Shown: one piece after another, positions 41,812 to 58,524 of the stretch
Position numbering within the stretch: the first letter of the stretch is position 1
How the letters are laid out: each line of letters starts with the position of its first letter
Origin: Eledone cirrhosa
Taxonomy: Eukaryota
Length of the DNA stretch: 64,000 nt
Direction: 5' to 3'
NCBI GenBank assembly: GCA_964016885.1
Contig: OZ024740.1
Span: forward strand, 399,280,001 to 399,344,000
Made by a program: the position numbers and the translations under genes
Notes under the pieces: generated by a model
The model's database searches: none
The model's input: only the letters and a program-made list of their open reading frames with translations
What the model was told of the DNA's origin: nothing

Positions 41812-43306
41812 AACCAGTAAGACCCCGACAGCTGAGCTCAAGCCGTCTCGACGGCTAATTCTGGACTAAATGAAAATTTATCCTGGTATTTAAATAGCCG
41901 ATCTTCTCAAGGGGTAATTCCATATATGGTCAAAGTGATTGTCAAAAATCAGTAGTAATTCTGTGGTTGCAAATTAGTAGGGGAGATGGTGGCTAAACCT
42001 GCCGGTAGGAGAAAGAGGGGAGGGGGTGGAGTAGACCCAATCAAGCGTTGGTAGTGCCGGCTACAGCTGGGCATGAGGTCAAAGAAGATACAGGGGAGGG
42101 GGAGGGGGAGGAAGTCGGAACGGTAGGTAGAACAATGCGGGGTAGAAATATATAGGAAAGAGAAAATACTGAGAGTGAAGAAAAGCAAATAAGTGCAAAG
42201 AAAAAAGTAAAGTAAATTAAATTCTACGACCTAGGTCTCAGGCTATTGTTAGGCTAGAATAAAATAAAGAAAGAAAGAAAGAAGTAAATAAATAAATAAA
42301 TAAATAAATAACGAAATAAGTAAAAGAACAAGGTGGGACGGTATAGGCAAGGACCCTTTTAAGAGGTATAAGTACGTAAATGATACGGTGACGGGTCAAC
42401 AAAAGGGGCCAAAATACTAAAGAGACTACCACGAAATAAACAATAAAGGTTACCATCCCGGGCCAGCAACGACCCAGTGCAGCAAAGTGAACTTGTACGA
42501 GATAATAATTCTGAGTCCCGAGAAAAATATATACTAATGCTAACTCTAAAAGATCTAAAACAAGCTACATGAAAGTTCGTACGAAATAAAGGTAGAATAC
42601 GGAGAAATAAATTCAGAATCCACCCCGCCCAGAAGAAAAGTGAAGCAAGAAATACTGAAACGAAAAAATAAGGCATAAGTGCCACTAAGAAATATAGAGG
42701 GCACAGAGAATAGTGGGAGCGGTCGGAGAAAGGGGGCAAGTATCCGGGGTCTAAGCCAACTGCTATAAAGGGCGGAGTCCGCCAAATCTATCATAGACTA
42801 GGGGAGGGGGGGGGGGGGGTACTAAGGCTACATGGGGCCAAAGGGCAGCCGCGGGTGGGCGAGAAAAGACGCCGACAAAGGAGAAGAGCTGGGGTAGAAG
42901 GACTAAGGAGAGAGGGGGGAAGGAAATAAAGGAAGCGATAAAAGAATACAGCTGTAGCCGGCACTACCAGCTGTAGCCGGCACTACCAACGCTTGATTGG
43001 GTCTACTCCACCCCCTCCCCTCTTTCTCCTACCGGCAGGTTTAGCCACCATCTCCCCTACTAATTTGCAACCACAGAATTACTACTGATTTTTGACAATC
43101 ACTTTGACCATATATGGAATTACCCCTTGAGAAGATCGGCTATTTAAATACCAGGATAAATTTTCATTTAGTCCAGAATTAGCCGTCGAAACGGCTTGAG
43201 CTCAGCTGTCGGGGTCTTACTGGTTCCTATTACCCACTCTACTACCTCAAGTATTGAGTACTTTGGTGCGTTATGGTTCACTTGGTTCCTTACCACATTT
43301 ACTTCG

Positions 43307-43308
<2 letters not shown>
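41809..43308. mobile_element. Same inverted-pLTR element, unit 2
   Basis: Copy of 13352-14846. Confidence 0.8.
43122..43215 (+). ncRNA. Type I hammerhead ribozyme, U3-A8 variant, unit 2
   Basis: Identical to 14660-14753. Confidence 0.75.
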
Positions 43309-43362
<54 letters not shown>

Positions 43363-43535
43363 TATATATATATATTTATCCTTATCGAGCCCTCTTTGGA
43401 TTTTAGTCTTCAAATTTATTATTATTACTATATATATATATATATATGTATATTTATATATAGAGAGTGAGAGGAAGAGAGGGAGAACAAGGAGAGAGAG
43501 AAAGAAATAGAGAGGGAGAGAGAGAGAGAGGGAGG

Positions 43536-43617
<82 letters not shown>

Positions 43618-43697
43618 TACACATGTTTCGTAGTATCATTTAAAACTAAGAAGTTGTATATCAATATGGATGTCATATTTTAGTGAATGATTCTTAC

Positions 43698-45953
43698 CTG
43701 CTTAATAAAATGATACATTTACGACTGGATTGGATTGCTGATAATATATTTTCAGTTATCAGTTTACCTACAGGGAAATCCCGATGATGAATGTTTAGAC
43801 GTAAATGTTCTTTCTCTTCCAATTCTGGAATCAAATAATTTAATGCAAAATCTCTATTTTCGTCCGCATAAATGACAAATGCATCATAAATATATTCATC
43901 TGTAGTGATTCTTTTATAAGAATATTTATCTCGGATCATATAATACAAGTATCGTAGTTTCCATCTAAAATGGTAAATTAGTGAGATAACAAGAAATATT
44001 ATCAGCATCAGAACAGCAAAACTTATTGCTATAATTACTCCTATAAACGGTGAACAACTGTGGTTGAGAAAGCTTATAATCACGGGAAGCCGATTGTCTG
44101 TCAATCGCCACACTGTTCCATTCGGATGAGTACATTTTGTGTACATTACCTTCAATCTAGCTGAACGACGCACTTTGTAGAGCCATGTGAGAAATTTAAT
44201 TTGGTCACAGTCACATTTTAAACTATTGCTTTGCACGTTGACAGTGAGGTTATGGTTTTCAGATATCTTTTCAATAGCATTAAAAGTGTTTACTGACAGA
44301 TCGTGTATAAGGTTTCCGGATAAATCAAGATATGATAAATTTAACATATGACTAATCTTTACATCAAAGGTTCTCAATAAATTATTGTGTAAATTCAAGA
44401 TTCTAAGATTTCTCAGATATAATAAACTATTGTTTGACAAATATTCAATGTGATTGTTTGAAAGATGGAATTCCTCGAGATTTGTTAAGTTAAGAAAAAC
44501 TTTACTGAAGCCACCTTTGGCAACTTTCCTTGAAAGACCTAAGGAGTTACTTTCTAAATTTAGAACTCGTAGCCCAGAGAAAAATGTGAAGAATTCGTTA
44601 CTGATGTTATTGCATTGGTTATGACTTAAATCTAGAATCCGCAATTGTTCTAATCCCCGGAGTGGACCACGCCAAGGACAAAATAAGTTGTTCGATGCAT
44701 TAATTAATTGTAATGAGCTTGCATCTTTTATATGGAATGGTGGTATTGGAAATTTATATTGACAGCCTTGTAATAATAGTGTTTGAAGAGATTTAGGAAT
44801 TGTAAAACTGTAAGTTATATTTCTATTGAATAATTTATTACGAAATAGTGGTAGGATTGTTTCTGATAATGTCATACTAATGTCAATTAGTTTAATGCGA
44901 GATAAACTCTTGATTTGAAAGATATATTCTCCGTATGTTAATATGTTATTCTTCAAATACACGTATTCCAATGTTTTGGACAGGAAAGGAATGCTATTCC
45001 AAGCAAATAATTCAATTCTATTTGAATTTAAATAAACTGTCTTCAAACTAGTCTTTTGTAAACTACTTGTAAACACTTCTTCAATAATTGTTCCAGTATC
45101 TACGTCATGCTGCATATTATTAAAAGACAAAGTTGTGAACAAACTAGGGTTACGTAGATAATTCATTGTAATCGGGATTCTTTTCAGTAAATCATATCTG
45201 TTAAATGAAATGGCGAGATACTCCAGATATTTGAAATTATCCATCGAGTGCGTGGCAAAATGGTATAAATCACAGTAGGATAGATCCAAATGTCTTATAT
45301 TGGCAACATTTTGAAATGTATAGTTTTCAATGTATTTCATAATTGAACTGTTTCTTTTTGAGGCAAAACTAATATACGTTAATTTCGACAGATTCTTATA
45401 TCCGCTTCCAAATCTGGAGTATTCATTACCTGTCATGTATAAACGTTCCAGCGCAGTTAAATGAGATATTGTATAGTCAAGATAATATGCCCTCCCATGT
45501 ATTATGTTACCTCGTAATTTCAGAATTTTTACCCGAGTTAAATTTCGAAAGAGCTTTACAGGAAATGAATGAGTATTGATAGTTAGTCGATTATACTCCA
45601 ATGAAAGTTCTCTCAGCGACCACAAACCTTGAAAGGTGTCTGGCAGTAACATCCAAAGTAGATTATCGTCAAATTTAAGCACCTCTAATAATTTTAAATG
45701 CCTCAAACTATTATTAAGTGGAATATGTGTAATGAGATTTCGACTTAAATCTAATAATGTGGTATTTTCTGGAAAATAATCGGGTATTTTATTTAGATTT
45801 TGGTCAGTACAAACTACCGAACAATGATTTAGTTCCATATCAGTACAGCTGCAAACACCAGGACAGTCTATTTGACAATTTGCAGTCACTGTAATGAAGT
45901 AACCAAATACGATAGTGTATATGCTGGTCATCGTTATGCACATATATTTCTGG
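43698..45953 (-). CDS. TLR: Toll-like receptor copy 2, main exon
   Basis: Same as copy 1; differs at T54P and N228H (ORF numbering); donor at 43698/43697. Confidence 0.95.
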
Positions 45954-47327
45954 CTAGAATGAAAGAAATATAAATGTTTTAGTTAATATCTCCGATAGAA
46001 TCATATTATAGATTTTTAGATTTTAAGTGAAACAAACTAATGCTTTCAAATATAAATAGTACAGTATATAAATATATAAACAAATAAATATAAAACAAAG
46101 CTAAATGAAATGACATTCGACAGTGTAAAGATTTTAAAGCATGTATTAATGTATGTATGTGGGTATGCATGTATGTAGCACCCAACGGTAACAGAAAGAA
46201 TCAGTCTATGGAAAGTTGTTATGCCCCCACCCAAACTACATGATCACAGCCCCAGAGGATATCAAGGGAGATGAGCTGGGCTCGTTACTACGGGTGACCA
46301 ACTCCACCATGATTGTAGTAAACGTTAGGTGATGTTTCGAGTAGACTTGTCTAGCTGAGTTAACCGTGACAGTATGGAGTTCAGCCAGGTACCACTATCA
46401 GGTTAGGAAGTTAAGTGAAATATGCTAGATGGTGCTGGTTAAGCAAGTATAGGAGGTTGTCTGAAGCCTTGTTGTACTGGATTATGTCTCATTTTCGTTG
46501 GGGAGATAAGACGTCCACAAAATGGAAGCCAAGTGGGGTCACATAAGTTGACTCGAGTTCCCTGATCGTAATAGGTGTTGTGGAGAACATTGTCGATAAT
46601 TACAAGACGGGGTGAGCGACAAAAGAATACTAATGAAACTGGAGACTGGAGAACTCAGCTACGTAGATAAGAAATCAAATCACCTAAAACAATACTTAAC
46701 TCAATAGTTAAAGGTATATCTAACAGAATTGGCAGTTTATCTTATAATGTTTATACGAAAGTATCTTTAATAAAAATGTGCCATATTACAACGAAACTTT
46801 ATCTCGCTTAGGCAACACTGATATAATTGGATATGTAGATGGTAGTATAAAGGAAATAGACTAAATAATATATCATATAATACAGCAATGAATAAATCTA
46901 AATTAAAACATTATAATAATAAACTACATAACCTTACAATAGATATGTAATGAGTTTGTGTGCGTTTTCATGATATGTCATTTTTTAAATGTCAGAATCA
47001 AAGCTGCTAGCCTATCCCAGCACTGATACATAATTCATGTTCTATTTGACTATAATTATTACAACATTGTATTATTGAAATTATTAAACTATTATACTAT
47101 TATATACACACTATAGAGAGAAAGAGAGAGAGAGATGAGAGAGAGTGAGAAAGAATTAATTCCACAACAATTACCAAACCATACAACAAGTGTTTCACCT
47201 AAATAGGATTTTCAACTCACATCTTTCCAAGTATTCTGTAATTGTGGAATTAACTCTACACCGAACTCCTCCTTTGGACTGAGTGCTCTATCAATTTTGG
47301 AGATAAACTTTCTGATTTTTCACTACG

Positions 47328-47443
<116 letters not shown>

Positions 47444-48574
47444 GAGAGAGAAAGACAGAGAGAGTAGTTTAGTTATTGCAAAACATTGTGAGATTTGTAG
47501 TAAAAATCCGATAGTTTTTTACTTAAAGCCGAGGAGAACAAAACAAAGTAATGTTTTACCCAGTATATTTTACCATGATATTTCAGGGGTAATATCCTCT
47601 TTGTAGATGCGAAGCTGTAACAGTCTACGTCATGACAAACGAACCGTCAGTTTTCTATCCTAAGAATACGTGGGGTCACTACACTTACCATTCGGCCTCA
47701 TGCATTGATGCCATAGACTAATTAACAAAAATACAATGAAACTCTGTTTCTCAATCACAACTAATATAGCTGTACAATTGGCTTTTAGTCTCAATAGGAC
47801 ATTAAAAAAAACAACACCAAATCATTAAAAAGGAATAATAAGACACAGCTATTGAATACACACAACCAAAATATACCCCTATGTTCTCTTTAGGCAAGTT
47901 GGTGAAGTATTTATATGTTTTTCCCATCTTGACGTTTTCATCGGTATTCACGTATCATTTCTCCTATTCTACGGGCTGTTGCACCTATGTTGTATTTTTA
48001 TTCCTACACTGTCCCTCAGTACATCGTATGCTATATACTACGTTTCTAGTTTTGCAGTTAGTTTGTGGGCTTAACTTGCAGACTATGCATTTCCTATCAG
48101 TGCAGGGGGTTCTTTGAAATAGAACATAAGGGCACGTTAGAGAACGTAGTGATAAATTTATTTTCACACACAGAAAAGGCGCAAGGCTCAGACAACTTAC
48201 TGAGGCGAGAAACATAAACGAACTCCAACCAAAATGAAACAGAAAATATGAGTGGAATAGCAACATAGTAATTAAGGACAAAATAAAAACATTCAGAGAT
48301 ACACAAAAAACCAAACTAATAAAACAAACCAGACACACACAGATAGAACAAACAATTAGTGACAATTCTTAAAAAAAAAGAAGAGTTTTATAATATATAT
48401 AAAATATATAAACTATAACAGGTTTCGATGTATCAGTCTCAGCCATCTTATCAAATGTTGAATATTACAATTAAAAGGAATTAAAACTTAAAAATGTAAA
48501 ATTAAGTGTTGAAGAGGACTGTACATCTTTCTTGTTGAGAAAACTCAGTCTAAAATGAAATCTTATATGTATGC

Positions 48575-48638
<64 letters not shown>

Positions 48639-49428
48639 CGTAAAATAAGAAAATCTTTTCTAAAAAAATTAAAAAAACATTTTTTTTACTTACTTACTTA
48701 AATTTTCACTCCAACTAATTAGTTTCTGCAATGGGATAAAGACAGTTACGCAATCTAACTGTCGAGAATTCATTGCGTCATCAGGGAGTCTATTCTCAGC
48801 TAAGTCTCCAGGCAATGCGCGGACACTGGCGGCTCATATAAAAATAATAATAATTCGGTAGATAGAACAGCTGGCGAGGACTGAATTCTATGTACTGAAA
48901 TTCTCACTGCTTCTAGTCAAATGGCCGATTCTAAAGAATCAATCACGTGACACAGAGGCTAGTCAGAAGTAATGGGATGGTAAGATGACTGACGCCTACT
49001 AACACCCCCAAAAAAATTTTTTTAGAAGTGGTTTTGGCAGGTTTGCTCGACAAATCAGTGATTTGGAGATAAATATAGATAATTTAATATATCAACTAGC
49101 ATAAGCGCACAGATGCACGCCCATGCCAGCAAATACACAGGTTATGTCATAGTACCTAGGTGGTTCAATGCAGGAGGATGCAGAACAATAATATAAAAGA
49201 CGTAAAATAAGAAAATCTTTTCTATATATATATATATATCACAGACAAAAAAGAGAATCAATGTTGCGACGAATGCAATTTATTGAACATATTACAATCG
49301 TTTCTCTGGCGACCAGCTCGAGGCACGATCGATGTGATGATCGAACCTGACTCTGAAAATCGGAAGGTCCTCAGATACGTCTTGATTCTACGGCCTACCG
49401 CATACGGACGCTTCAGGCATCCAACAAC

Positions 49429-49539
<111 letters not shown>

Positions 49540-49555
49540 CATACATACCTGTATA

Positions 49556-49587
<32 letters not shown>

Positions 49588-49596
49588 AGAGGTGAA

Positions 49597-49712
49597 GGCG
49601 TGTGGCTGAGTGGTTAGAGAATTGGATTCGCAATCGTAAGGTTGTGAGTTCGATTCCTGGACCAGGTGATGCGTTATATCCTTGAGCAAGACACTTTATT
49701 TCACGTTGCTCC
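49597..49712 (+). mobile_element. tRNA-derived SINE, unit 2
   Basis: Copy of 21181-21296. Confidence 0.8.
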
Positions 49713-50298
49713 TTCTACCTGGAGTTGCGACCGATAGATAGTATTAGCAATTGGAAAGACCAACGGAAACATTGTTCCCTCGGTCCGATTTGACGAAATT
49801 CGATCGTTCCTTTAAAATATATATAAGAAAAAGTATGACCCCGACGGCAGAGCTCAAGCCGTTATGACGGCTATTTCTGGACTAAATTAGAACTTTTAGC
49901 CTGGTGCATAAATAGCCGAACTTTTCAAGGGGGTACTTCCTCATATGGGAAGATTGTAGTTGTCAAGAGGATTGGTTAAAATTTGTTGTAAACACAAATA
50001 AGTCTATCATGGCATTTGGTGGGAGGTAGGGGTGGCTGAACTTGCATGTAGAACAATAGGGGAGTTTTAACTAATCCTCTTGACAACTACAATCTTCCCA
50101 TATGAGGAAGTACCCCCTTGAAAAGTTCGGCTATTTATTCACCAGGCTAAAAATTCAAACTTAGTCCAGAACTAGCCGTCGAAGCGGCTTGAGCTCTGCC
50201 GTCGGGATCATACTTTTTCCTATTCCCACTCTACTACCCTAAGTATTGAGTACTCTGGTGCGTTATGGTCCATTTGGTTCCTTACCACAATTCCTTTG

Positions 50299-50378
<80 letters not shown>

Positions 50379-50759
50379 TTATGTAATAAACAACATAAGG
50401 CAATTATTTCATTTACCAGTGGTTTCTTAAAAGCAAACAAATTTTTGCTTTCAATCATCAGAATGAAAAAATCATGGTTTATTTATTGGCATTGGATTTT
50501 AAAAACAAAAATATAATCTATATGAAAGTGAGGCTGGAAAAGGAAGAAGGAAAGAAAAAATAAACACACATGCACACGCACACACACACACACACAATTA
50601 TATACATACACATATATACACATACACACATACAAACACACACACATATCCACACACACACACATATATATGTGTATATATATACATACACATACATATA
50701 CACATACATACATACACACATATATATCAACATATCCATACATACAAATACACAAACAT

Positions 50760-50794
<35 letters not shown>

Positions 50795-50801
50795 TATATA
50801 T

Positions 50802-50832
<31 letters not shown>

Positions 50833-51062
50833 CATATATACACACACATACATATATATATACATATATATATATATACATACATATACATACATATATA
50901 TATACACATACATACATACACATAATCATACACATATACACACGTACATACACACACATACATACAAATATATATACACGCATACATACGCATGCACAAA
51001 TTGAGAAATATGTACACACACCTACATACTCAAACACACAAATAATTATAAGAAAAAATATA

Positions 51063-51245
51063 ATAATTGTTTCTACTTTAGGCACAATGCCAGCAAACAC
51101 CCAGTGCATTACTGGTACTTTATTTTATCGACCCCGTAAGGATGAAAGGCAAAGTCAACCTCGGCGGGATTTGAACTCAGATCGTAAAGGAACGTAACTA
51201 TGCTGGAAAGCATGGCGTCCGACCCTCTACCGATACTGCCAATCC
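51063..51245 (-). mobile_element. tRNA-derived SINE with Nin-like domain, unit 2
   Basis: Copy of 22663-22845. Confidence 0.8.
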
Positions 51246-51475
51246 ATATAATAATAAAAACACCGTAACATAAGAATAAAAATGAATATAAAAATTATTA
51301 TAGTGTTGACAGCGATACAGGCAACAAATAAATGAATGAACAAATACACGTGGTTAGCAATACACACAATTGCACGTACACATACATACGTAAAAATAAA
51401 TACATACATACACTCTCACACATACACATACATATACAATTACATATACACATACACACGCTTACACATATATAT

Positions 51476-51610
<135 letters not shown>

Positions 51611-51696
51611 TATAGATACATATCCATACATACATACACATACATATACATACTTATAACAAACACCTACATGCAAATACAAACACGCACATATGT

Positions 51697-53160
51697 ATGT
51701 GTGTAAAACTCATTCTTAGATGTATTCATATCCCTAATCTACTTAATAAGGCACTAAATTACGCATTCAAGCATACAGACCTAACTAGCAATGAAATGCA
51801 CATTATATTATCGGCAAGGAAAACTTTGATAGAATTTAATAACCAACTATGGACTAGGGCAGATAGAGATAATAATTTTGACATTACTATGGGATCATCA
51901 GACTCAGCTCAGGTAACGGACCTTGTGGGCCTATTTATAATTAATTCGCTGCATAGGAAAATACCCGGTGTTACCGGAGGTTTATATAGAGATGACATGC
52001 TTTTACTTATTGAAAATAATAACTCTGAACTAAATAAGAAAAGAAAACAAATTATACAATTTTTTAATTACCTTAATCTAAAAATAGAAATTGAGAATAA
52101 CCATAGAATAGTCAATTTCCTAGACGTAACATTTAATCTCAACACATGTCTTCACTATCCATTTCACAAGTTAAATGAAAACTTGAATTATGTCAATTTT
52201 AGCTCCAATCACCCCAGATCTGTCAAAAATACTATAGTAAACTCTGTTCAAAAACGTATCTCTAGAATCTCTTCCAATAAAAATATTTTTGACGAAAAAG
52301 CCCAATATTATAATGATGCTTTAGCTAGAGCAGGATTTAGTGATAAAATTATGTACATCGATAATAGACAAACTAACCAAAATAACAACAATTTTAATTA
52401 CAGTAACAACTTTAACAACTATAATAGAAAGCACTACAATAATTTCAAAAACCAGAAAAGAAATAGAACTAGAAATATAATATGGTTTGCCCCCCCCCCC
52501 CCCCTTTTCTCACTAAACATTAAAACCCACATCGCTAAACTATTTTTTAATGCTCTTGACAAACGCTTCCCTAGAACACATAAGTATCACTCAATTTTTA
52601 ATAGACATACTATAAAATTAACGTACTCGTCCACCAAAAATTTACCACAAAATATTAATAGAATAAATAATAGGAATCTAAAACCTAGCCAAAATACCGA
52701 AAATAACCTAAACAATATTCAACTAAAAAACTGTAACTGTAGAGATAGATCTAAATGTCCGCTAAATAACAATTGCTTAGTTAAAAATATAATATACAAC
52801 TGTAATGTTAGAACTGATTTAAATTCTTTTAATTATGTTGGTTCCACTTCGACAGAATTTAAACTTCGCTATAATAATCACAAAAATTCTTTCACGGATC
52901 CAAATAAAAAATCCTCAACATCGCTGTCAGGGTTACTCTGGCAACTTAAGCATGATAAAGTTGGATATTCGATGGTTTGGAATATAGTCTCAAAAGGGAT
53001 TCCTTTTAATTCCTCTTCTGAGACTTGTGACCTCTGCGCGGAGGAGATATTCTTTATATTAAAATCTAAAAATTCCCTTAATTTACGAACCAATTTATTC
53101 AGCTGTTGCAGACATAGATTGAACTCAACATTTAAATATAAATATAAATTTAAAATGTAG
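51697..53160 (+). mobile_element. Penelope-like retroelement, unit 2 copy, continuous 487 aa RT/GIY-YIG frame (still 5' truncated)
   Basis: A 15-C run restores the frame; N-terminal RT motifs are absent. Confidence 0.93.
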
Positions 53161-54576
53161 TATAAAATGTAGTATATTTACTTAAGGTATTTGACTATTT
53201 GTGATACTTGGCGATAAATCTTTCGATTCCTTCAATTTTTTTAAAACCTTTCCGCATGAATATATAATTAATGAGATTAAATAAACTACCCTAAAATTGG
53301 CGTTGGTCCCAATCTTTTGAATAAATTTTTAAGCTGGATAAACTTCTATAATAAATATAAGAGCATTTGTAGAATAAGTTTTGAATGATTTCTGATAAAT
53401 AAGGCTTGGTGAGCAATTTTGGTCTTGTTTGCTTTTGACTCTGATTCTATGACCGATATGCGTGGCATACTATGTTCTCTTGCGTCCCTAGATACTCTGT
53501 GGAGTGACGAAGATATTCTTGGCGTTTTTAATTTTAATATTGATATCTGTTGTCTACTCTATGCTTGATCGATGATTATTTTAGATGTTAATGTATATCT
53601 TATATGTTTTGTGTCTATATATATATATATATGTATGTAAATGTATGTAGGGTGGAATCTCTTCTAACGCATTGAAGTTTTTCTTTTCTGACACATTGAA
53701 GTTTTTCATGAAATATAAGAATCAGTGCAGCGTATCACCTAGGTTCACATGTGCGTCTATATTTATCAACTTGAATTTGAGATAACCTCTTTTCTCATTT
53801 TTCACGAGAATGCATATATACTTATGTTTGAAGTTTTGTCTCAGATTTTGCTTATAGACCTAAGAATTTTTAAACTGAACATGTGGTCACTTTTTTTACA
53901 CATTATAGATATGTGTCTCATTCATGAATACTGATATTTACATTATAATGCCTAATTCATAAAAATTGATAATTCAAATGGATGAGACATAATATATTTT
54001 TAATATATTTTAAATATATCATCTTTCTTTCTTTTTCTCCTATACACTAATCTAACTGTATCCCTTCCCTTAACCTCTCACATATACGATGATCATCTGT
54101 CAAAAAGCAGCCTACTATGTTTTTTTTTCACCATCAATGTATTTCTCTCTATCCTTGTCTCTCTATCTCGCTCCGTTGTTTTTCTTTACATACATCTCTT
54201 TTCTCTTTGCATACATCTCTTCATCTTCTTCTTTTTTATTTACATACATCTCTTCACCTTCTTCTTCTCATCTTCGTTTTCTTTCTATATAACTATCATA
54301 ACAGTTTCACTACCAAATCAACTTTTTAAAAGGAAGTTGCATTATTACAAGGTATGTCACTAATTATTTATAAAACAGCTTATGTATTGTATTTTGTCTG
54401 AGGAAGGCATAACATATTTTTAATATGATATCCCAGAAATATATATAACGAAATAAATATGGTTTTATAAATATAGTTTCCATTTGTTTAATATCGTATA
54501 TATACATATATATACACATACACACACACATATATATATATATACCTACACACACATATACATACACATACATATG

Positions 54577-54696
<120 letters not shown>

Positions 54697-55200
54697 AGAA
54701 AAAAATAAATATTATATATATAAAAAATAAATATTGTATCTATAAAAATAAAAAGTTGGGAATACGACAAATAATAAATGAAAAAATAATTAGAAAAGGG
54801 TATAAATGTTTATAGCTCATTTAGAGCACTCAACAAGTTCCTGGGGCAAATGATCAATGAAAATGAGCATTAAATCACTGTATGTAATTATGCATATACA
54901 CACCCACATACATATACATATATATATACATATATATACACACACACAAACACAACCACAGAAATACACACACACATACATACACATACATACATATACG
55001 TATATATATACACACACATAGGAAAAAGTATGACCCCACGGCAGAGCTCAAGCCGTTTCTGAGGCTATTATATATATACACACAAAACCATTATATAAAA
55101 ATACATATACACGCACAAATACAACAGAAGCATATAAAATACAATTATATATATATATACATATACATACAGATAAATATAAACATACATACACACACAT

Positions 55201-55299
<99 letters not shown>

Positions 55300-55540
55300 T
55301 ATACACATATACGCAACACGCACACACACACAAATAAATATCTAAAAATAAAAAAATTGGGTATGTGAAGGGTAAGGCAGAAAGTAGAGGGGGGGGGGGG
55401 AATAAGGAAAATAAATGACATAGGAAAAGGTTTAAATATAAGGGGAGATAAGGGAGAAAAAGAATACGAGAGTACAGAAAGTGAATTCAGAAGGTAAAAA
55501 AACCGTAGTGGATGTAAGGCGTAGAGAGCAGAGAAGGAGT

Positions 55541-56045
55541 TCAAGGTGGTTGAGTTATCGTAGGAATGTCAATCCAGTTACAGATCAGATGTGATTTCAG
55601 GTGAGGACAACATCTGAAGATCTCGGTCTTTGAGTTCAGGCAAGCAGAAGTGGCTTTCAAATTTTGTAAAATCCTAAATTTTTCAGTGGTACACAAAGAA
55701 CAATTCTTTGTGCCCCTTTGGTACTCCCTCGAATGGTCTAAAATAGACCATTCGATAGAGTACGGGATGTTTTTATCCTTGAATTCCCACACTTTACTTG
55801 CGAGGACCGTTGCTGTTCTTTTATCGGAGTGCTTAAAAGAAGCGACACGTGCATAAAACCTGGTTTTAAACCTGTCCTGGGTCATGCCAACATATCGTTC
55901 ACTCCTGGCTGGCTGGTTGTTGATTAAAGATGTTATTTTAGCCTCATATACAACGGATTTGGTGTTACATTTGCCCTGTAATGGGAATTCATCCGGCTTC
56001 CTGCAACTGCATCCTGGATTTATTCTCGTACGAATTGAATTAGAC
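55541..56045 (-). mobile_element. Penelope-like GIY-YIG fragment, unit 2
   Basis: Copy of 27156-27660. Confidence 0.88.
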
Positions 56046-56440
56046 TGACCGATTAGAACTAAGATTGACCTATCACAATGGTTAAATACATCCTCTGTTA
56101 TTTCTTGGTTTAATAATATACAAGGTAAAAATAAGTGTAGATTTACCCAATTTGATATTGTTGATTTTTACCCCTCTATTACTGTTTCCTTGTTAACTAA
56201 TGCCTTAGAGTTTGCAAGACCCTTCATTAATATTTCTACACCAATAAATACACCAGGATTTTTTCATTCTGATGATTGAAAGCAAAATTTGTTTGCTTTT
56301 AAGAAACCACTGGTAAATGAAATAATTGCCTTATGTTGTTTATTACATAACTATTAAGCTCTGTTACCTACATAGAGCACTCTTTTTTCCTGGACCTTTC
56401 CGACGGAATTACTTCATTTACACACACAGACACACACACA

Positions 56441-56548
<108 letters not shown>

Positions 56549-57449
56549 TATGTATGTATGTATGTATGTATGTATGTATGTATGTATGTATGTATGTATG
56601 TATGTATGCATGTATGTATGTATCCAATGATGTTGACTTGTTCTTTTTGGTTAATATCATCCTGGTTAAGAGAGTGGGACTGGCTTTGTGCAGTGCCTTT
56701 GCTCACTACAAAAGCTTCACGGCACAGGCATTGCTTTGTATCTGAAGATCTCTCTGCACTTGTCGTCACGTGGTGCCATGGGCCCAGCACTATGTGTCAA
56801 TAATTGTCATAATAATTTGTACCAGAGTTTCAAGTCGTTGGCTGGACTAAAAGTCACACTTGTTTAGCGCATCGGTAAGGGTTCTCCTACATGGATATAA
56901 GGTAGTGGCCGTACTCGAAAACGAGTTGGCAGCCACCATGTATCTATGTATCTATGTATGTATGTACATATCCCTGTCTCTGTCTCAGCTTTTCTTTTCT
57001 ACTCTGGAAGAAATTTGCTGCTCTCCGGCTTGGAGAGGGATAAACTCCGCCAGGTTTAAAATACCCTAGAGACGCCGTATGTCAATACGGCGCCCCTACG
57101 ACTCTAATAGGTAAAAAAAAATGCATGAGGCCGAATGGTAAGTGTAGTGACCCCACGTATTCTTAGGCTAGGAAACTGACGGTTCGTTTGTCATGTCGTA
57201 GACTGTTACAGCTTCGCCTCTACAAAGAGGATATTACCCCTGAAATATCATGCTGAAATATACTGGGTAAAACATTTCTTTGTTTTGTTCTCCTTTTCAT
57301 TTACATCATCTGCCCTTCGTATTTTTCTACCGCATTGTATCGGCTTTAAGTAAAAAACTATCGGATTTTTACTACAAATCTCACAATGTTTTGCAATAAC
57401 TAAACTACTCTCTCTCTGTGTCTCTCTCTCTCATCTCTCTCTCTCTCTC

Positions 57450-57490
<41 letters not shown>

Positions 57491-58524
57491 CGTAGTGAAA
57501 AATCAGAAAGTTTATCTCCAAAATTGATAGAGCACTCAGTCCAAAGGAGGAGTTCGGTGTAGAGTTAATTCCACAATTACAGAATACTTGGAAAGATGTG
57601 AGTTGAAAATCCTATTTAGGTGAAACACTTGTTGTATGGTTTGGTAATTGTTGTGGAATTAATTCTTTCTCACTCTCTCTCATCTCTCTCTCTTTCTCTC
57701 TATAGTGTGTATATAATAGTATAATAGTTTAATAATTTCAATAATACAATGTTGTAATAATTATAGTCAAATAGAACATGAATTATGTATCAGTGCTGGG
57801 ATAGGCTAGCAGCTTTGATTCTGACATTTAAAAAATGACATATCATGAACATGCACACAAACTCATTAGAATTTGACATCAGTGATGATAATTAACCTTA
57901 ACTTGTTCCGTGGGTCATCCACGGTTGGAAAAAATTAAGATACAATAATTACTATGGTATGTTTCCTTCATCATCATTGTATTATTTGAATCATTATATT
58001 TTATTTTAACATTCTCATAATTTACATCATAATTTAGTACTTCTTTAGATACCATGTTTAGTGATAGTCTTTCTACGTTTTTCCTTGTTTATTGGTATTA
58101 AGAATATAAAACAGAGCAAATTTTCTAGCAACGGAAACAAAATATAAAGTTATAACTAAACAAATTGCATATAAAGAAATATTAAATTAATGAATTCATG
58201 TGTTTTAATGATAACTAATAGTATAATAATTTCAATAATACCATGATGTAATAATTATAATGATATAACAATGAAATGATTGTAACAATATTAATTCTAT
58301 TTTCTTTCTCACCTATCCATCCAGAGGTGATAAATTACTTTGACAAAATTGTCTGAATGTACAAATAAATGTCAGAATAATTATTGTGTTTTAATTGTCA
58401 ACAGCCGTAGAATTCCCACTTGTTCAGTTAGAAATAATATTAATATTACAGAGAAAATAAATTTGTAGATAGTTTCATGTGTTTAGTGCATATGTGTAGG
58501 AAACTTGAATATTGGAAATCTTAC

